Below are positions 58,893 through 64,000 of a stretch of DNA of 64,000 nt, one piece after another. The position numbers and the translations under genes are program-made. The notes beneath the pieces are model-generated. The model was not told the DNA's origin. It made no database searches and was given only the letters and a program-made list of their open reading frames with translations. How positions within the stretch are numbered: the stretch's first letter is position 1; each line of letters begins with the position of its first letter. The stretch covers positions 143,856 through 207,855 of IMG/VR virus record IMGVR_UViG_3300042340_000379. One strand, written 5' to 3'.

Positions 58893-59722
58893 GTGATGCA
58901 TTAACCCAACTTCGCTACGGGTTCAGAGGGCTTGCCCAACTAGGGTCGTCGTTCGAGGAGTGCTTGGTAGCCGTGCTGCCAGCTCTCAATAGAATCGTGT
59001 CCGACGCCGAGAATTGGCAGTTAGTTTTTGACCTACTGCACTGGGACTGGGAGGGTCTGGGCAGGGCTCCCGTTCCTATTAAGTTGCAAGACCAGCTATT
59101 ACTGGCTCTGTCACCCTGGAAATCGGAGACCGCAGCCATTCTAAGGCGACTGGAAGCATCGGCTCAAGAGTGGGCTGATGCACTCAACGCCGCTGGCCTG
59201 AGTCCCTCTGAGGCTTTGGGGCTGGCAAAGGCTGACATAGAAATGACTGTTGAAAAGGAGTCAGCGCTGACTGCCGTGGCTACTCACAAGAGCGCGATCG
59301 CTCCCCCGCTAGAGATCGTGCGCCAGTATCGTCAGTTCTATCGAGCCAGCAAGATGTACTCGCCCGAGAGAACCAATGCGCTAAAGCCTCTGCTGTTAGC
59401 CAAGGAAGTCATCCAGCGCAGTTCCTCGACTGGTGAAGATCTAGCCGTAGAAGTCGCTGGCCGCATTGCCGCCCACCTGGCCCAGGTGCGTCGTGGCACG
59501 GCCAAGGGTCGATGGGTCATCTCCAGCCAGGATGCCGAGCGGCAGGCGATTTCTGAGTTTGCCAGATTCCTGGTTCATCATCTGCTAGGTGAGAGATTCC
59601 GGGGCGACAAGTCTCAGTTCAGTTCCAAGACTGGCATCGGACTGATTGAGGATGCCTGCTTTTTCCTGTACCTACTAGAGCAAGAGAAAGAAAACGATTC
59701 CAAGGAGGCTTCGCGTGGATAA
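58889..59722 (+). CDS. fusion of an unknown N-terminal domain to a Cas11d / Cas10d C-terminal (type I-D small subunit)-like domain
   Basis: YRQFYRASKMYSPERTNALKPL...TAKGRWVISSQDAERQAISEFARFLV...FRGD...LIEDACFFLYLLEQEKEN follows the cyanobacterial Cas10d C-terminal pattern as I recall it; internal ATG at 59243. Confidence 0.75.
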   Translation: MSDALTQLRYGFRGLAQLGSSFEECLVAVLPALNRIVSDAENWQLVFDLLHWDWEGLGRAPVPIKLQDQLLLALSPWKSETAAILRRLEASAQEWADALNAAGLSPSEALGLAKADIEMTVEKESALTAVATHKSAIAPPLEIVRQYRQFYRASKMYSPERTNALKPLLLAKEVIQRSSSTGEDLAVEVAGRIAAHLAQVRRGTAKGRWVISSQDAERQAISEFARFLVHHLLGERFRGDKSQFSSKTGIGLIEDACFFLYLLEQEKENDSKEASRG

Positions 59723-59972
59723 AGTTCTTGGCTTAGATGTTGTCAACAGGTTCAACCCTGGCGGGATAGAAGCCACTCTGAAGATGTGGCATGAAGACCC
59801 TGAGCAGGTTGGCCGATGGGTAGTGTTCGATGGAGTTCAGGTTTCGCTGAGAGATCGCCTGAACAACCTGCGAGAGGGGGAACGATCGATCTGCCTGGTC
59901 GAAGAATTAGCGTCAGTCGTCGGGGACAATGCACATCTAACCCTGGGGGAATTCCTATACAACGACTTCTAA
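59715..59972 (+). CDS. hypothetical protein
   Basis: AGGAGG RBS; overlaps the end of the Cas11d-like gene. Confidence 0.55.
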   Translation: MDKVLGLDVVNRFNPGGIEATLKMWHEDPEQVGRWVVFDGVQVSLRDRLNNLREGERSICLVEELASVVGDNAHLTLGEFLYNDF

Positions 59973-60259
59973 CTCTTCTTCCACCGCCTCCACCCTCTAG
60001 GAGTAATACTCTCATGGCGAGGGGTGGTTCTTCTTCCGGGACGCCTCTCGCCATCACTTAAGCGCTCTAGATTTCCCTTATGATTGATAGAGCGCTTTCC
60101 ATTTTTGTGGTGAACCACAGTCCCATCGTTAGGCTTAGCACCGGCTATCCGACGATAGGCCCGTCGCCCATCTTTCCATCGACCATTACCCGTGCCCAGG
60201 ATGGCTGCTAGGCGCTTCTTCTTGTGGGCAGGTGACTGTTCGTAGCCAGGTTGAGGCAT
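59969..60259 (-). CDS. small HNH endonuclease-like protein
   Basis: VVHHKNGKRSINHKGNLERL. Confidence 0.7.
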   Translation of the reverse strand: MPQPGYEQSPAHKKKRLAAILGTGNGRWKDGRRAYRRIAGAKPNDGTVVHHKNGKRSINHKGNLERLSDGERRPGRRTTPRHESITPRGWRRWKKS

Positions 60260-60305
60260 AGGAGGGGTGCAGAACGCTCAATGTATTTTAACCAACGGAG
60301 ACTTT

Positions 60306-60626
60306 ATGCCTGAACGAAGAGACGGCTTTTACCTCATCTATGAGTGCGATGGCCACTGCCACTATGATTCAATGGTCATCAAGGCTATCCTCACGAAAGA
60401 GAGCCAAGCAATCGCGCACTACACCCGGATCGAGTCGGCATATCCCGCCAATGGGGCTGGCTGGCGAGTGAAGATGGGATACCTGCCCAAAGACCATGAT
60501 ATGCAAGGCGATGGCGACATCTTGCGCCAGATGGAAGATGTTACACCCACTATTCTGTGTTCACGCGATGCGAAATGGCTTCCGTCCTCCAAGCATCAAA
60601 GAGAGTCCCGTAAGGAGAGGATTTAA
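60306..60626 (+). CDS. hypothetical protein
   Basis: GGAG RBS before ATG 60306. Confidence 0.5.
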   Translation: MPERRDGFYLIYECDGHCHYDSMVIKAILTKESQAIAHYTRIESAYPANGAGWRVKMGYLPKDHDMQGDGDILRQMEDVTPTILCSRDAKWLPSSKHQRESRKERI

Positions 60627-60630
60627 CGCC

Positions 60631-61287
60631 ATGGCCAACCCTATCGACACGTCTCCCATATCCATCGCCCACGTTGACCTGTCAAAAGGCTCTCTCGCTT
60701 TCAAGGACGCACTGACTTTCACGCCCACGATGGACAGGAACCTGATCTTAGTCCTGGATGCGGAGACGGGCATCTACGCTTTTGCTGAGACTAGAGACCA
60801 ACTCATAGAGGAGATCCATGAACAGCTTCGATTCATGTGGCTCGCCTATGCCATGGAAGATGACTACAAGCTCACTCAAAGCGCGATCGCATTTAACAAC
60901 AACAACAACGAGGAAGCTATAACTAAGATAAAAGCAAAAATTATGGAGTTTGATTGCGAGGCAGATCCTGGCGATCCGCATTCCACTAAAACTGAGGGTG
61001 CTGAATTGACGCCAGAGCGAGCCTACTACTACGGCGAGCTACGCGAGACTTTTAGCTGGACATACGAAACCACTTCCCGGTTTGTATTCTCATGTCCTGC
61101 CTCTGCCGATCCCGACAGCTTGATGGACAGATATGCCTATGATGAGCGAGGCGGTGGAGACGGTGCCGATGGCGACTACGAGTCGAGTTGCAGTCGAGTC
61201 GAGTCCTTGGGCGCTCAACCTATCCCAGAGGAACATTTCAACGTCATGAAACTCTACTTGCCTGACCTGACTATATCCGAGGATTAG
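60631..61287 (+). CDS. chimeric-looking hypothetical protein (HicB-like N-terminal half)
   Basis: GIYAFAETRDQLIEEIHEQL pattern; junction at a HIP1 site plus (AAC)5. Confidence 0.45.
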   Translation: MANPIDTSPISIAHVDLSKGSLAFKDALTFTPTMDRNLILVLDAETGIYAFAETRDQLIEEIHEQLRFMWLAYAMEDDYKLTQSAIAFNNNNNEEAITKIKAKIMEFDCEADPGDPHSTKTEGAELTPERAYYYGELRETFSWTYETTSRFVFSCPASADPDSLMDRYAYDERGGGDGADGDYESSCSRVESLGAQPIPEEHFNVMKLYLPDLTISED

Positions 61288-61661
61288 GTTCTATCCCCCA
61301 TTCATGTTTGAGGAACTGTTTATACATTGGCTCGTTCATGGGGCGATCCTCCGTTGGATTGCCGCCTATTCTAGACGATGGATGGCGATCGTCTTTGTTC
61401 GTTAATTACCTTTCTGAGAGGAAATACTCATGCCAAAGATCACAGCAACAGAGGACTAAGCTATGCCAAACGGCCCATATAAAGTTAATCAAGACGACAT
61501 CGATCGCAGCAGCACCCTTGACCAGTCGGATCTAAACCGCTGGTACGTCCTCGTCTCTGGCACCATGCAGTTCGTTCGATCGCAGGAGGACGGCAAGACC
61601 CTGGTGCAACAGCTCAGGGACGACCTGCGGGCAATCTCTTGACGCTCATGGGTACATCAAA

Positions 61662-61700
61662 ACAAATCAACCGCCGAGGATTCCTCGGCGGTTGATTTGT
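61662..61700. terminator. 19-bp perfect inverted repeat, bidirectional terminator
   Basis: ACAAATCAACCGCCGAGGA-T-TCCTCGGCGGTTGATTTGT. Confidence 0.85.
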
Positions 61701-61773
61701 ATAGTACAAATTTTAAGGGACGGCGGTGTTAAGGAGATTTCAATCCCTGGTAGGGATTAGTGTGAACTCACCG
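61701..61773 (-). CRISPR. solitary type I-D-like repeat (61737-61773) plus 36-nt spacer (61701-61736): crRNA-like unit
   Basis: Minus strand CGGTGAGTTCACACTAATCCCTACCAGGGATTGAAAT, with AATCCCT/AGGGATT stem and ATTGAAAN handle, then spacer, then terminator. Confidence 0.75.
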
Positions 61774-61794
61774 CTCAATCTGTACTAAAAGTAG

Positions 61795-61818
61795 AGGGGC
61801 GGCGGTGTTGGGGAGAAC
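61795..61818 (-). promoter_or_regulatory. protospacer-like site with GTT PAM matching the adjacent spacer
   Basis: GTT-CTCCCCAACACCGCCGCCCCT versus spacer CTCCTTAACACCGCCGTCCCT (18/21). Confidence 0.65.
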
Positions 61819-61877
61819 AACACCCTAGCCGCCGCCCTGCTGGTCTGCCATCTCGGCAGTGAGATCCAGCTATGGAT

Positions 61878-61905
61878 ATAGTAGCAGATTTAAGCTAAAT
61901 AGCAA
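61878..61905 (-). promoter_or_regulatory. sigma70-like promoter for the crRNA-like unit
   Basis: TTGCTA-16 nt-TACTAT with a TG extended -10. Confidence 0.55.
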
Positions 61906-62051
61906 GAAATTTACTTTGGATAGTTGGGCAGAATCAGCCTATTTTTGTGCTTACAATAGGTGCAAGGCAATAAAAAAGCTGCGTGGGAACACAGCTTTAA
62001 GAATTACTTGTTTGGGAATCGACAGTCTATCTATCCACTCACTATTTTAAC

Positions 62052-63821
62052 ATGAAACAGAAAGCTGCATCGCCCTCCAGCAGTCAAAGTATCCAAGATT
62101 TAGAACTGAATCAACCTTGCGTGCCCCAAAGTATCCAGGATGCGCTAGCTAAGCTACCGTTAGAAACTCGGCAAAGAATAGAGAAGAACGTAGACAAGCT
62201 TAACCGAGGAATAGATAACGAAATCCTTAGACAAATTATTCACAAAGCTAATCCACAACTGTCTCATGCTTATGGAGTGGCTCTTGTTCGCAGCATACTT
62301 TGGCGTATGGAGCGGGACGCCCATCTATCCAAGATTAAAGAACCTATTTATAGACGCAGCATCCCTGTAAGTATTCTATGGTCAGCATTAAGTGGGGAGC
62401 CCTCTCGCATTTATAACAGCAATGCTAGGGCTCAGAAGTTTATGGGGGCTATTACCAAAGAGATAATCGACCCTCTATGGAGAAGCCGACTTATAACGAC
62501 AGTTCCCCATAACCGTAAGCAGCATAGGTGCCGAATCTTTAACCTAAGGCACGTCGCAAAAACAATCCACAACAGAGAACAAAAACCCCATATGCACCCA
62601 TTTGACTACAACCGCGTTGAAGATTACCAACTACCCCCAGTGGGAGTGGGTCAAGAGAAACTGCCTTTGCTCTGGTCTAAAGACAAAGCAAAGTACATGG
62701 CTATCACAAATGAGACCGGGGAATACCTCAGAAACTGCAAGTTCAGATTTGAGAGCATTGCATGGGATCGCATTGGGCTCTATTGGGCTAAGCAGTATGC
62801 AGACATAACAGCTAAATCTAGGGTGGCCTGCGATGCAAAGATCGGCTCGATCAAAAACGCTATTGAGGGTCTTGAATGGAAAATGGATGTTCAGCATACC
62901 GGGCAGTATCACATCCAGGGCCCAGGCCGTATGCATACCATTGGTGGAAGCATCGCGCTGCCAAAAGCATTCAGGCGGCTCTTTATCAGCCCTGTTAACA
63001 AGAACAACCTAGTACTCGAACTTGACCTTAAAAGCGCTCAGCTCGTTATCCTGAGTAAGTTTTTGGGGTGTACTGAGATCGTAAGCGCACTCCAGGACTG
63101 CCATAGAACGGGTAAATCTATTTGGGGTCTTATACAGCCAGAAGGGGAGTGTGTACCTAAGCGAGCGCTGAAAGTCCTAACCTATGGCCTATGCTTTGGA
63201 GCCAAGCGAGAAGACCTTCTCTATCTATGTAATAAGGAACTCTGGAAGACAGAATGCCCATTCGAGTTCTCAAAAGAAAGCCTAGATAAAGTTTTGGATG
63301 GGTTTTTAGCTCCTTTAGTCATTGAACGAGACAAATGGATGGCACGGTACACAAGCAAAGAGCTCAAAAAGAGAGGCACTAAGCTAACACACAAAAATGC
63401 TCTTGGGCTCGTATTTCAGGCAGGTAAAGAGCTGAAAGAATACGAGGCAAAGTGCAAAAAGTACGGGAAAAAGCCCCTGGATACTAAGATTGCAGGCCGT
63501 TTGCTGGCGCATTATGCCCAAGGTGAGGAGCAATTCATTATGCAGAGCTTCATTGCTAGCAGCGTGATGAAAGAGAACATATTAGACTTTAGCTATGACG
63601 GCCTAAGCGTTGAAGTTCCTATGAATTATGCAGAGATAACAGAACGATACGACGCATGGTTACAGGAATTTGACCCTGACCATCACTTTGAGTACTGTCC
63701 CCTATGGTTCAAACAGAACCCTGACCTAGATGGGCCCGACATGCTAGGCAATATGCTTCAGGAAAATTGGGAGGAGAAGTATAACCAAAAACCAGAAAAC
63801 CTTAAATATTTTCCTGAATAG
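62052..63821 (+). CDS. family A-like DNA polymerase / replication protein lacking an evident exonuclease domain
   Basis: GRMHT, ELDLKSAQL (motif A), KRALKVLTYGLCFG (motif B), HYAQGEE and FSYDGLSV (motif C). Confidence 0.7.
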   Translation: MKQKAASPSSSQSIQDLELNQPCVPQSIQDALAKLPLETRQRIEKNVDKLNRGIDNEILRQIIHKANPQLSHAYGVALVRSILWRMERDAHLSKIKEPIYRRSIPVSILWSALSGEPSRIYNSNARAQKFMGAITKEIIDPLWRSRLITTVPHNRKQHRCRIFNLRHVAKTIHNREQKPHMHPFDYNRVEDYQLPPVGVGQEKLPLLWSKDKAKYMAITNETGEYLRNCKFRFESIAWDRIGLYWAKQYADITAKSRVACDAKIGSIKNAIEGLEWKMDVQHTGQYHIQGPGRMHTIGGSIALPKAFRRLFISPVNKNNLVLELDLKSAQLVILSKFLGCTEIVSALQDCHRTGKSIWGLIQPEGECVPKRALKVLTYGLCFGAKREDLLYLCNKELWKTECPFEFSKESLDKVLDGFLAPLVIERDKWMARYTSKELKKRGTKLTHKNALGLVFQAGKELKEYEAKCKKYGKKPLDTKIAGRLLAHYAQGEEQFIMQSFIASSVMKENILDFSYDGLSVEVPMNYAEITERYDAWLQEFDPDHHFEYCPLWFKQNPDLDGPDMLGNMLQENWEEKYNQKPENLKYFPE

Positions 63822-63879
63822 GATAAGAAAAACTTATATAGTACGAATATAGTACATAAAAAGTTTAATAAATAAGCTG

Positions 63880-63922
63880 AGCTTATGATCAATATAACTA
63901 AAACTTATATTGATCATAAGCT
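63880..63922. repeat. 18-bp perfect inverted repeat in an AT-rich region (candidate origin or cruciform)
   Basis: AGCTTATGATCAATATAA-CTAAAAC-TTATATTGATCATAAGCT. Confidence 0.8.
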
Positions 63923-64000
63923 TTTATTTTTTCTATTTTGAATTTCTAAAAAAAATATATTTTGTGGCCCAGGGGGGGGGGGAGCCATTCGGAGGTCGCT

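Noticed and set aside
58889-59722. Remnant of a complete cas operon
   Set aside because: No cas3, cas5, cas6, cas7 or the HD/N-terminal part of cas10d is nearby; the gene is intact and embedded in a phage operon.

Overview
This window is a 64-kb segment of a large tailed dsDNA phage, possibly a phage-plasmid. It very probably infects a cyanobacterium: HIP1 GCGATCGC octamers are frequent, and the IS200/IS605 ends and the CRISPR repeat are of cyanobacterial type. The left half (1-31 kb) is mostly virion genes: major capsid protein, Mu-like protease/scaffold, portal, a tail assembly chaperone with a -1 frameshift, baseplate and fibre-like genes, and a PAAR spike. It also holds a 3360-aa protein with a two-barrel RNA polymerase DFDGD motif, and a ParM/ParR-like pair follows. 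Transcription diverges at about 33 kb. The right half carries early and middle genes: a second single-chain DFDGD RNA polymerase (1829 aa), many small accessory ORFs and a family-A-like DNA polymerase. The most striking observations are: (1) a protein whose C-terminal half resembles Cas11d, the small subunit of type I-D Cascade; (2) about 2 kb away, a solitary type I-D CRISPR repeat with its own promoter, a 36-nt spacer and a terminator, where the spacer matches a GTT-PAM-flanked site in its own leader next to a candidate phage promoter upstream of the polymerase gene; (3) two distinct single-chain RNAPs; and (4) seven oriented intergenic arrays with about 10.5-bp GC/AT periodicity. All family assignments come from motif recognition by eye; no database searches were run.
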